A stretch of DNA of 32,000 nucleotides from Rickettsiales bacterium (GTDB lineage: Bacteria > Pseudomonadota > Alphaproteobacteria > Rs-D84). The stretch spans positions 1 through 32,000 of the forward strand of contig JAITJD010000037.1 in NCBI GenBank assembly GCA_031279085.1. The letters run 5' to 3'. The translations under genes were made by a program, and so were the position numbers. This document shows, piece after piece, positions 1 to 7,980 of the stretch. The notes under the pieces were generated by a model. The model saw nothing but the letters and a program-made list of their open reading frames with translations. It ran no database searches and had not been told where the DNA came from. Each line of letters begins with the position of its first letter. Positions within the stretch are counted from its first letter, which is position 1.

Positions 1-144
1 GTATTGGGCACGGCCGGCGGCTTGATAACCAGCAATGTCATAAAGAAGAACCAGGTCAAGGGCGGATTTGAAGATATCAGTTGCAGTGTCGGCGGCCAGG
101 TTGTGGCCGGCTGGGGCGACGAGTTTCAGGTTGGAACAAAATAA
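1..144 (+). CDS. 3' end of an unidentified CDS entering from the left edge (47 codons, stop TAA 142-144)
   Basis: Frame +1 is open from base 1 to TAA at 142-144 (..GGFEDISCSVGGQVVAGWGDEFQVGTK*). It is too short to assign a family. Confidence 0.3.
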   Translation, partial: VLGTAGGLITSNVIKKNQVKGGFEDISCSVGGQVVAGWGDEFQVGTK

Positions 145-358
145 AAAACGCGGGCTTGCCGAGATTCTGTTTAACTAACAATCTTTAACCAAAAATCCCC
201 CAAGAGTTGCTAGCTTCGCCTACGGCTCAGCAAGCCAACTCTATCCCCCTTTATCAAGGGGGACAAGCCAAGAACGAATTCTTGCGCCAGGTTTTAAACT
301 TGGGGCGCCAATTTGGGGGGCTAAGACCGAGCTTGCGGATGGATGCGACTATCGGCTG

Positions 359-991
359 TCATGATTGCGGCAGCAGGCTTTGCACCGCCAACGGAAAATC
401 CGCGCTGCGCGCAAGATAAGAGCCGCTGATTAAAAAGTCCGCGCCGGCCGTCCAGCACTTTTGCGCCGTGTCGGGATTTATTCCGCCGTCCACGGATATT
501 TTGTATTTCAATCCATACTTTTTGCGCGTGTTTGCCAAAACGGATATTTTATTCAAGACGTTGTCGTCGAATTCCTGACCGCCGGCGCCGGGCGCGACCG
601 ACATTACCAAGATGTCGTCGATTTCTTTCAAAACGGGCTTTAATATGCCAAGCGAAGATTCCGGATTCAGTGCAATGCCGGCTTTCTTTCCCATTTCTTT
701 TATTTTGCGCAACGCGGCGCGCACGCCTGCGGTATTGGTAGACACCACAATCGTGTCGGCGCCCGCATTCGCGGCGGCCTGCGCCCAGATGGCCGGGCTT
801 TCTGTCATCAGGTGGACATACAGGCGCGCGCTCGTATGCTGTCGTATAAAATTAAGCTGGTCTATTCCGCCGGCTATTCTATCGACAAAAAAGCCGTCCA
901 TTATATCGACATGTATCATTTCGATTCCGGCGGATTTGAACAGCTCATAGGTTTCAGCTTTTCTCATATCAAACGCCAAAGTGCTGGGCAT
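359..991 (-). other. rpe: ribulose-phosphate 3-epimerase module of the 359..2134 ORF; it could alternatively be translated on its own from ATG 991..989
   Basis: The 210-aa segment MPSTLAFDMRKAETYELFKSAGIEMIHVDIMDGFFV... aligns by eye with the full length of bacterial Rpe, whose N-terminus is typically ..IAPSILSADF... The metal/catalytic motifs are present. No convincing SD lies upstream of the internal ATG. Confidence 0.6.
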
Positions 992-2134
992 TACCGGTAT
1001 GACCCGCAGAGAGCGCTTCTTTTTTCTTCTTTTGAAAAAGGACGAGGTTTTTGACAATATTTCCAGAAATTTCTCGCGGCGGGCGGCATATCTCATGGCG
1101 CGCGCGGCCTGCCCGTTCCACACATAATCCGACAATGCGTTTATAGCTGCGTCCGCGCCGATATTTTTGACAGGAATTCCGAAAGTGTTTTCAACAAGCT
1201 CTTCCATTCCAGGTATGGCGGAGCCTCCGCCGGATATGAATATCTTTGAAGGCGAGTATTTTAGAATCGCCGCTGAAAGCGACTCTTTTGCGGCCGCGAT
1301 GATGTCCAGTATAATCGGCAGCAGGATTTCATTCATATCCGCGCGCGAGAAGTCATGAGACGAATCAGCCGGCGTGAATCTGTCCATTTCGGATGCATGC
1401 ATATTCGAAACATGATGCTTTATTCTTCTGGCGTCTTCAAAGTCAATGTCCAATTCGCCGGATATGGCGCGTGTCGCCGATTCCTGGCCGCTTGGAATTT
1501 TATCAAAAAACACCGGGCCGCGATCCGTCCATATAGAAACGCTGGTGAATTCCGCGCCGAAGTCAATGAAAGCTGCGGTTTGTTTTCTCTCGCGGAAAGC
1601 CATGTTCAGCAGAAAATGCGGGTCCAGAAAGTTTTCCGCCTGGATATGCGACTTGCGAAGAAGCGAATATATCTCGTTCATGCGGTCGTTTTCATAAAAT
1701 ATTGCGCCGAATACCGACGCCAGGCGCCTGTCGGTGTTCCCGACCGGCGTCATCAGGTTCCGCGCCGCGCCAGTGTCATATCTCAGCGGAATTATGTGCA
1801 TCGGGTGAAATTCGGGACATTCGGCTATTTCGGCTATCTGATTGCCTATATCGGAGGCTGTTATTTTATGCTCGCTGTTCCAGTCCGTGCTTTTGGCAGT
1901 CATTTCAAATATTGATTTTCCAAAGTTTCCGGTTATGAATGCGGAATCAAAACGCGCGCCGATTTGCTTTTCCAACTCGTCAATGACGGATTTTATGGCA
2001 AATGCCGTGTCGTCGCTTTGCACATTATGAAATGCGGATTTTGTAATCCGCCCGCTGCGCACGCGGTGGGCGACGGCGCGCACCGCGCTGCTGCCGATGT
2101 CAAGGCACAGGAAAGATGAATCGAACAAGTTCAT
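359..2134 (-). CDS. ftsA: FtsA-like actin-fold cell-division protein fused in frame to a complete ribulose-phosphate 3-epimerase domain (single 591-aa ORF)
   Basis: The N-terminal ~380 aa carry FtsA/actin-fold signatures: LCLDIGSSAVRAV (phosphate-1), AAFIDFGAEFTSVSIW and KIFISGGGSAIPGMEELVENTFGIPV. The gene lies directly downstream of ftsQ. This part ends in an amphipathic/basic stretch, FLEILSKTSSFFKRRKKKRS. The C-terminal 210 aa (from MPSTLAFDM) carry Rpe signatures HVDIMDG, YVHLM, MSVAPGAGGQEF and VDGGIN. No stop codon separates the two parts. Confidence 0.8.
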   Translation of the reverse strand: MNLFDSSFLCLDIGSSAVRAVAHRVRSGRITKSAFHNVQSDDTAFAIKSVIDELEKQIGARFDSAFITGNFGKSIFEMTAKSTDWNSEHKITASDIGNQIAEIAECPEFHPMHIIPLRYDTGAARNLMTPVGNTDRRLASVFGAIFYENDRMNEIYSLLRKSHIQAENFLDPHFLLNMAFRERKQTAAFIDFGAEFTSVSIWTDRGPVFFDKIPSGQESATRAISGELDIDFEDARRIKHHVSNMHASEMDRFTPADSSHDFSRADMNEILLPIILDIIAAAKESLSAAILKYSPSKIFISGGGSAIPGMEELVENTFGIPVKNIGADAAINALSDYVWNGQAARAMRYAARREKFLEILSKTSSFFKRRKKKRSLRVIPVMPSTLAFDMRKAETYELFKSAGIEMIHVDIMDGFFVDRIAGGIDQLNFIRQHTSARLYVHLMTESPAIWAQAAANAGADTIVVSTNTAGVRAALRKIKEMGKKAGIALNPESSLGILKPVLKEIDDILVMSVAPGAGGQEFDDNVLNKISVLANTRKKYGLKYKISVDGGINPDTAQKCWTAGADFLISGSYLARSADFPLAVQSLLPQS

Positions 2135-2169
2135 TTTCGCACGCGGCGCTCAGTATGCCTGAATGCCGT

Positions 2170-2853
2170 CTATTTTACAAGTATTCTAGCGGTGTCGCGC
2201 ATGTCCAACAATTGGATTTTCTTGGACAATATTTTGTGGTTTTTATCCAAAATCATCAATGCGCTTATCGCGGCATTCGGGTCTTCTTCGGGCAGCAGAA
2301 CGGTTATTCCGCCATTCGTATTGATATTCCAGCGGCGGTCTTCAACCCATTCCATAAAGTCAAGGTGCCGTATCATGTTGCGCGCGGTCTTTGCGATTTT
2401 TGATATGTCCGCCGGCACCGGGCCGCGAAAAACGACGGAATTTTCCGGCCGAGATGAAATCTGCCTTTGTATTATTGCGCCTTCGGCGGACAGGGGATAG
2501 AATTTCTCGCCGTCAGTCCAGACCGCTATGGCATTGTGCAGTTTTAATTTTATGGCCAGGTTTCCGTTGGGCATCCGACGCACAGCCGAGGTTTTAACAT
2601 CCGGAACTTTCGATATCCTTGCGTTTATTTCGTCGAGATTCACCGAATATGTCCTGGTACCCGGAGCTATGCCCGCCGCCAGTTCAACCGGAGACAAATT
2701 TTGTTTTCGAGAATCGGAGAAGATGAATATCGAATTTATCACGTCGCCGCCGTTCAGCACAGTCATGCTGATTCGAGCAGCAAAATAAACAGCCAGCAAA
2801 ATAGCGACCGCAAAGCATATCCAAAACATAAATGTTTTTTTCATGATGGGCAT
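2170..2853 (-). CDS. ftsQ: cell division protein FtsQ (N-terminal TM anchor plus POTRA-like region)
   Basis: TM segment FMFWICFAVAILLAVYFAA. The segment that follows, VNLDEINARISKVPDVKTSAVRRMPNGNLAIKLKLHNAIAVW, is typical of the FtsQ POTRA domain. The gene is immediately upstream of and co-oriented with ftsA. Confidence 0.75.
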   Translation of the reverse strand: MPIMKKTFMFWICFAVAILLAVYFAARISMTVLNGGDVINSIFIFSDSRKQNLSPVELAAGIAPGTRTYSVNLDEINARISKVPDVKTSAVRRMPNGNLAIKLKLHNAIAVWTDGEKFYPLSAEGAIIQRQISSRPENSVVFRGPVPADISKIAKTARNMIRHLDFMEWVEDRRWNINTNGGITVLLPEEDPNAAISALMILDKNHKILSKKIQLLDMRDTARILVK

Positions 2854-2923
2854 TATAGCATAAAAAGACTTGATAGTTAATTATTAGTTGGCGGTTGCGG
2901 GTCTTGGCTATGATTATCAGCTA

Positions 2924-3313
2924 TCAGCTGGCTCTTAGCAGGTATCCGCTCCTGAACATGCATTTGCGGTAGGCGCCCACGGATTTAGAGCTGGAATTTG
3001 GCGGAATTGACATCAATGCCCGCTGGCCGATGTCTGTGTACTCGTTTGACTGAAATGTAACCCATAATCCGTCCCAATCGGGCATTTGCGAGCTTTGATT
3101 GGGCGCCAGCAGCTTTGCTATGCGGGATCGCGGCATGTGCGACGGCTTTGTCACCCCAAGGCAGTTTTTATGGTCGCGCACGAATTGTTCGATAGTTACA
3201 GACTCGTTTTCCCAGTTCAGTATTGTGGCGTTATCAATATTGCCCGAATTCGGACTGGAACAGCCCGAAAACATCAAAGACCAAAGAATAAAGATTAAAT
3301 AATGTTTTCTCAC
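2924..3313 (-). CDS. small lipoprotein, unknown function
   Basis: Starting from GTG at 3313 gives MRKHYLIFILWSLMFSGC|SS, a textbook lipoprotein signal peptide with lipobox. The longer ORF-track start (ATG 3415) would overlap the divergent 3369 gene and adds a non-signal-like extension. Confidence 0.6.
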   Translation of the reverse strand: MRKHYLIFILWSLMFSGCSSPNSGNIDNATILNWENESVTIEQFVRDHKNCLGVTKPSHMPRSRIAKLLAPNQSSQMPDWDGLWVTFQSNEYTDIGQRALMSIPPNSSSKSVGAYRKCMFRSGYLLRAS

Positions 3314-3368
3314 CTTTTCATTATAATTTAATTGCTTTATCAGGGCAATAGTTTTTATAATAAGAAAA

Positions 3369-3716
3369 ATGGCAAAGGAGAATGGCGGCATGGCGGACAA
3401 ACTTAATAATTTCATCAGGTTGGCGGAATTCTACAACATGCTGACGACAGTGATGTCGGCCGTGTGCGTCCGCAAGGGCGGAATTGCAATGGAAAATTAT
3501 GTGGGGCGGTTCGCCGCCGCAGATGTTTTGGAGTTCATATCCGAATACGGGGCCAGGCTGGAAAAAGACAAGACGCCCGGGCTGACCCCGAATATTTCAG
3601 CGCTGATTGCGCGTTTTGCAGAGGAATATGCAAAAGTAAAAAGCCTGACGACATCTACAAACAAGCCGATACACGAAATGACTTTGGAAGAATTTGAAAA
3701 ACTGATGAACATTTAA
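3369..3716 (+). CDS. hypothetical small cytoplasmic protein (115 aa; alternative start ATG 3390 preceded by AAGGAG)
   Basis: Open frame with an AAGGAG at 3375-3380, 9 nt before ATG 3390. No signal peptide and no family recognised. It is first in a co-oriented string with the lipoprotein and lolC/lolD genes. Confidence 0.5.
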   Translation: MAKENGGMADKLNNFIRLAEFYNMLTTVMSAVCVRKGGIAMENYVGRFAAADVLEFISEYGARLEKDKTPGLTPNISALIARFAEEYAKVKSLTTSTNKPIHEMTLEEFEKLMNI

Positions 3717-3757
3717 TACAATACAATTAACAAGTTTCTTGCAGCAGGAGCGCAGCT

Positions 3758-5083
3758 ATGAAAATCACGCGGAAATACTTATTTGTTTTTTCTTTACTCG
3801 CCATATTCGGCTGCCAGCAGTACGCGCAGCGCGGCCAGCAGCAATACGACACCGTCAATGTGGTGGAGAATTATGTGATTGACGAAAACTCTGTGCCGAT
3901 ATTTCCAAAAAAAGCCGCGCTGACCACAGACACCGCGCGGCGCTTTTCAATAGAGCTGCCCAAACGTTGCAAAGTGGATTGGAACAATCAGAATATCCTG
4001 TCAATCGTGCCGGAGGAAAAGGTTGAAATAGTGCGCTTGGACACCGGCGATCCTCTGCCGTCGTTTGATGTGTCGGATTACGAATTTACAAAACTGACGG
4101 TCAAAGAAACTTTGGACAAGCTGCTGGACGGCACGGATATATCTGTTGTTGAAGACGAAGATTTGCCGGAAAAAATAACCGGCTCGATACAATCCGGAAG
4201 CCTGGCCGATTCTGTGGATTTGATTGCGAAACTGGGCAGGGCTTATTATTCCTATGACGACGACGCAAAGGAAATACATCTGCTTCATCGCGCCAAGTGG
4301 CTGATGAAAATGCCAAAGAACGAAAATATAATAATGGCGCTGCTGGACGCCATGCATGGCTCCGACATGCGCAACCTGCTGGTGGACTGGCAGGACAAGA
4401 CCGTCGTGTTCGAAGGAAATTACCAGACCGAGCGCGAAGTTTCCAAAATTGTCGCCGATGTCGGTTCAAAAAAGTACATGATTGCATGGGATATTGATGT
4501 GTACCGCGTGTATCCGCGAACGGACAATCCGATTGTATGGATGAACATGCTGCCCGCGTTCGGCGACAAGAATATTAAAATGTCCATACCGGGGGTCGTC
4601 GGCCGCGGCCTGGTGGTGAGCCCCGAAATCAACACCAAGACCTTGCAGGAATTCCTGTCGCAGCAGGGCAATGTGGTCTTGATTTCCCAGGGCACATTCG
4701 TGATACCGAACGGCTGGCAGTCGCGCTTTGACATCGGGCAATGCGGCAAGGAGGAAAGGCTGGAAACGGATTTGACCATCGGCGCGACCGCCAAGTACGG
4801 CGACTATGCGGGCATGAAGAAAATTGACGCAAAAATTGTTCTGCGCACGCGCGCGGGCGAATTGTCCTCTTTCAAAATACCGTCCAGCTTGGGCGACAAC
4901 TATGTGATTATAGGCATTCCGACGCATTCTTTTGTAACAGATGCGGAAACCTTGATAAGTCCGTTCGCAGAGCTGGTAGCGTTCATGTCGCCGCGCGTGA
5001 TTTCGATAATGGACGCCGAAAAGCCGGAGTCTGAAATAATGCCGCTGTCAGGCCAGGCTCTGCGCGATTATTTAGAGGAATAA
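3758..5083 (+). CDS. outer-membrane lipoprotein, divergent secretin-like (441 aa)
   Basis: Lipoprotein signal MKITRKYLFVFSLLAIFGC|QQ. The C-terminal third resembles the secretin domain pattern: FVIPNGWQSRFDIGQ .. KIDAKIVLRT .. FKIPSSLGDNYVIIGIP .. AELVAFMSPRVISI (compare secretin ..dGqtvvlGGL.. / ..ellvfitPriv). Preceding alpha/beta repeats (TVKETLDKLLDGTDISVV.., IIMALLDAMHGSDMRNLLVDWQDKTVVFEG) resemble secretin N-domains. The assignment is by eye only. Confidence 0.4.
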   Translation: MKITRKYLFVFSLLAIFGCQQYAQRGQQQYDTVNVVENYVIDENSVPIFPKKAALTTDTARRFSIELPKRCKVDWNNQNILSIVPEEKVEIVRLDTGDPLPSFDVSDYEFTKLTVKETLDKLLDGTDISVVEDEDLPEKITGSIQSGSLADSVDLIAKLGRAYYSYDDDAKEIHLLHRAKWLMKMPKNENIIMALLDAMHGSDMRNLLVDWQDKTVVFEGNYQTEREVSKIVADVGSKKYMIAWDIDVYRVYPRTDNPIVWMNMLPAFGDKNIKMSIPGVVGRGLVVSPEINTKTLQEFLSQQGNVVLISQGTFVIPNGWQSRFDIGQCGKEERLETDLTIGATAKYGDYAGMKKIDAKIVLRTRAGELSSFKIPSSLGDNYVIIGIPTHSFVTDAETLISPFAELVAFMSPRVISIMDAEKPESEIMPLSGQALRDYLEE

Positions 5084-5085
5084 AT

Positions 5086-6342
5086 ATGTTCTCAAAACTT
5101 GAAAGAAAGATAGCATTCAGATATTTGCACGTCAAACGCAGAGAGGGATTCGTATCCGTAATATCCTGGGTGTCTTTGCTGGGGATAATGCTAGGCACGG
5201 CGACGCTTATCGTGGTCATGTCCGTCATGGGCGGATTTCATGACACTCTGCTGTCGCGAATAATCGGAATGAACGGCCATGTCGTTGTCTATCATCAGGA
5301 CGGCGCGATAAGTGATTACGATTTCCTGATAGACAAAATGCGCCAGAACAAAATCGTCGCCAAACATGCGGCGGGAATAGTGCCGATTGCCGAAGGCCAG
5401 GTGATGGTTTCCGCAAACGGGCGCAATGCCGGCGCGATGGTGCGCGGAATCCGAATGTCCGACTTGCAGGCCAAGACAGCCGCGGGAACAAAAATTTACG
5501 GAAAAAATCTGAGCGCGGTCAAAGACAGCGAGCTGGTGATTGGAAATTCTTTGTCGCGGAATCTGCGCGCCGGCCTGGGCGACAATGTTTCGCTGGTGTC
5601 CGCGAACGGCGGAACGGCGACTGCTTTCGGAACTATGCCGCGCATCATGTCTTATCCGGTCGCATCTTCGTTTTTTATGGGAATGTACGAATATGATTCT
5701 GGTTATGTATTCATGCCTTTGGCCACAGCGCAGAAATATTTGAACATAGGCGAATCCATCACGCATATAGATTTGTTTCTGAATAATCCGGAAGACACGA
5801 CCGCAGTGCGAGAATCTTTGGCTACATTGCTGCCGGACAGCTTTATAGTCCGCGATTGGCGGGATTTGAACCGCGGATTCGTCGGCGCGCTGCAAGTGGA
5901 ATCCAATGTTATGTTTTTGATTCTGATGCTGATTGTCATAGTCGCGGCTTTCAATATCGTGTCGTCCTTGGTCATGCTGGTCAAAGACAAGAACAAAGAC
6001 ATCGCCGTATTGCGCACTTTCGGCGTATCGCGCAGGTCCATGATGAAGATATTCATTCTGTCCGGCACCAGCATAGGCGTCATCGGCGCGGGTTTGGGAA
6101 CGGCGCTGGGCGTTATAATTGCGACTTATATCCAGCCGATACGCGAATTTTTCCAATGGATAACAGGCCGCGACCTGTTCCCTGCGGAATTGTATTATTT
6201 ATCGGAGCTGCCGTCAAAATTGGTGTTTTCAAATGTGCTGGGAATCGCATTGATAGCGGTGGCTCTGGCATTTCTGGCGACATTGTACCCGGCGTGGAAA
6301 GCCGCGAACACAGATCCGGTGGAAGTGTTAAGGAACGAATAG
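5086..6342 (+). CDS. lolC: lipoprotein-releasing system transmembrane permease, LolC/LolE family
   Basis: The N-terminus KIAFRYLHVKRREGFVSVISWVSLLGIMLGTATLIVVMSVMGGF and the C-terminus LYPAWKAANTDPVEVLRNE match the LolC/E (FtsX-like, MacB-type) pattern. It starts 2 nt after the upstream lipoprotein gene and is followed by lolD. Confidence 0.85.
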   Translation: MFSKLERKIAFRYLHVKRREGFVSVISWVSLLGIMLGTATLIVVMSVMGGFHDTLLSRIIGMNGHVVVYHQDGAISDYDFLIDKMRQNKIVAKHAAGIVPIAEGQVMVSANGRNAGAMVRGIRMSDLQAKTAAGTKIYGKNLSAVKDSELVIGNSLSRNLRAGLGDNVSLVSANGGTATAFGTMPRIMSYPVASSFFMGMYEYDSGYVFMPLATAQKYLNIGESITHIDLFLNNPEDTTAVRESLATLLPDSFIVRDWRDLNRGFVGALQVESNVMFLILMLIVIVAAFNIVSSLVMLVKDKNKDIAVLRTFGVSRRSMMKIFILSGTSIGVIGAGLGTALGVIIATYIQPIREFFQWITGRDLFPAELYYLSELPSKLVFSNVLGIALIAVALAFLATLYPAWKAANTDPVEVLRNE

Positions 6343-6345
6343 TTT

Positions 6346-6380
6346 GCATTCAGCATTCTGTATTAAAGAATGCTGAATGC
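6346..6380 (+). promoter_or_regulatory. perfect 14-bp stem / 7-nt loop hairpin between lolC and lolD
   Basis: GCATTCAGCATTCT (6346-6359), loop gtattaa, AGAATGCTGAATGC (6367-6380). No U-run follows, so it is not a canonical terminator. It covers the first in-frame ATG (6377) of the lolD ORF. Confidence 0.6.
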
Positions 6381-6400
6381 CGAATACAGGATTACATGAA

Positions 6401-7111
6401 ATGAATATACTGCAATCTTTATCCAAGGCGCCAAAGGGCGGCGATGTCGTGCTGAGCGTGCGCGACATTAAAAAGACTTTTGTCGAGGGCGGCCAGCCGC
6501 TGCATATCCTGCGCGGCGGCGGATTCGACTTGCGCCGCGGCGAAATCATCGCGCTGGTCGGGCCGTCGGGCTGCGGCAAATCAACCTTGCTGCAATGCGT
6601 CGGACTGTTGGACAAACCCAGTTCAGGCAGCATTCTGATAAACGGGACATCCGTTCAGAAAATGGACGATGAAATGCGCACATTGACGCGCCGCCGCAAA
6701 ATAGGCTTTGTTTACCAGCGGCACAACCTGCTGTCTGATTTTACCGCGCTGGAAAATGTCGTTTTGCCGATACTGGCGAACGGCGCGGATGAAATCATGG
6801 CGACTGCGCGCGCGAGGAAACTATTGAAGTCCGCGAATGTTCTGCATCGCGCGTCGCATCTGCCGGGCGAGATGTCCGGCGGCGAGCAGCAGCGCGCCGC
6901 CGTCGCGCGCGCATTGGCAAACGATCCGGACATACTGCTGGCCGACGAGCCCACCGGCAGCTTGGACCCGCAGCATGCCGGCGTTGTTTTTGATTTGTTG
7001 TTCGACTTGGCGCGCAAAAATAAAATGGCGATGCTGTTTGTCACCCATGATATGAATTTAGCGGCGCGCGCCGACAGAAAGATTACAATCAAAGACGGCA
7101 TTGTGATATAA
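6401..7111 (+). CDS. lolD: lipoprotein-releasing system ATP-binding protein LolD (ABC ATPase)
   Basis: Walker A GPSGCGKST, signature LSGGEQQRAAVARAL and Walker B ILLADEPTGSLD, in a LolD-like context after lolC. The ORF-track start 6377 lies inside the hairpin. ATG 6401 is preceded by AGGA (6388-6391). Confidence 0.85.
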   Translation: MNILQSLSKAPKGGDVVLSVRDIKKTFVEGGQPLHILRGGGFDLRRGEIIALVGPSGCGKSTLLQCVGLLDKPSSGSILINGTSVQKMDDEMRTLTRRRKIGFVYQRHNLLSDFTALENVVLPILANGADEIMATARARKLLKSANVLHRASHLPGEMSGGEQQRAAVARALANDPDILLADEPTGSLDPQHAGVVFDLLFDLARKNKMAMLFVTHDMNLAARADRKITIKDGIVI

Positions 7112-7133
7112 TTTAAAAAAAAAGGAGAAGAAA

Positions 7134-7865
7134 ATGGCGGGAAATCAAAATCAAAAAAAATCCGGCGGCGGAATTTGGCGAAATCTGTGGCTTGCAATCG
7201 CGCTTGCCGCTTTATTTGCGGCCGGAATTACAACCGGAATTTACTGGAATCATGGCAAGTCGGCGGTCAGACAAGTCGGAATGTCTGATTCGACATGCAT
7301 GGACATAGAGAGAAGAATTAGTAGCATGATTGATATAATATATCATAATAACGATAGTCGTTATACCGAACTTGTGGCCGAGCAGGTAAAAAGCCTGAGG
7401 GAACTGAACGGTATCTATTCTCAAAATTGCAAAGACAAGCAAATAAAACCAACAGAAAATATCAAGCCAAAGGAAGCGGGGCAGGCGCCAAAGAAATTGC
7501 CCGAAAAAACCTGCGAAGAAATAGAAGTTCTGTTGCTGGATCGGGTGGTTTCAGATGAGCCTAATTATTCTGATAATCGCAAGCGCAATGCAGAAGTCTA
7601 TGTAATGTTAAGCGATAAAGGCTGTCCGGAAAATAAGGAAAAGTACGAGCAGCTGGCTCTGCGCGAACTTGAAATATATCGCGCGCTGACCAACGACGGA
7701 GTCTATGCCGGTAAGTCCTGGGAAGAATATCAGCGCGAAGTTGTTAGCATTTACAACAAGATTGATATGAAAAAGGAAGCGGAGAAATTCTTGGACAAAA
7801 TGAAAAAATTAACCGATCCGGCCATAGATTTTATACTGGAAGCAGAAAGAGTTTTTTCAGAATAA
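7134..7865 (+). CDS. membrane-anchored hypothetical protein (N-terminal TM, helical Lys/Glu-rich ectodomain with 4 Cys)
   Basis: AGGAG precedes the ATG. TM segment NLWLAIALAALFAAGITTGIYW. No family recognised. It lies 22 nt downstream of lolD on the same strand. Confidence 0.55.
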   Translation: MAGNQNQKKSGGGIWRNLWLAIALAALFAAGITTGIYWNHGKSAVRQVGMSDSTCMDIERRISSMIDIIYHNNDSRYTELVAEQVKSLRELNGIYSQNCKDKQIKPTENIKPKEAGQAPKKLPEKTCEEIEVLLLDRVVSDEPNYSDNRKRNAEVYVMLSDKGCPENKEKYEQLALRELEIYRALTNDGVYAGKSWEEYQREVVSIYNKIDMKKEAEKFLDKMKKLTDPAIDFILEAERVFSE

Positions 7866-7884
7866 CGGCTTAATCAAATAGTGT

Positions 7885-7925
7885 AATCCGCAGATTAGAA
7901 TTGATTTTAATTTGCGGATTTTATA
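7885..7925 (+). terminator. putative intrinsic terminator closing the lol-containing gene string
   Basis: AATCCGCAGATT (7885-7896) pairs with AATTTGCGGATT (7909-7920). That gives 12 bp including one G-U, with a 12-nt loop, followed by TTATAT. Confidence 0.5.
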
Positions 7926-7980
7926 TAAACAGATACAAAGGCAGATTTTATAAATAAGATTATAAAGGAATAAGAGTAAT

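Noticed and set aside
2924-3415. Longer versions of three ORF-track genes: lipoprotein from ATG 3415, RadC from ATG 24459, and MFS transporter from TTG 27020
   Set aside because: The extensions either overlap a divergent gene start (3415 versus 3369), contain promoter elements (24403-24395 and 27031-27039), or destroy an otherwise perfect signal peptide. The internal starts at 3313 (GTG), 24381 and 27065 fit homology and signals better. This remains uncertain without experimental start mapping.
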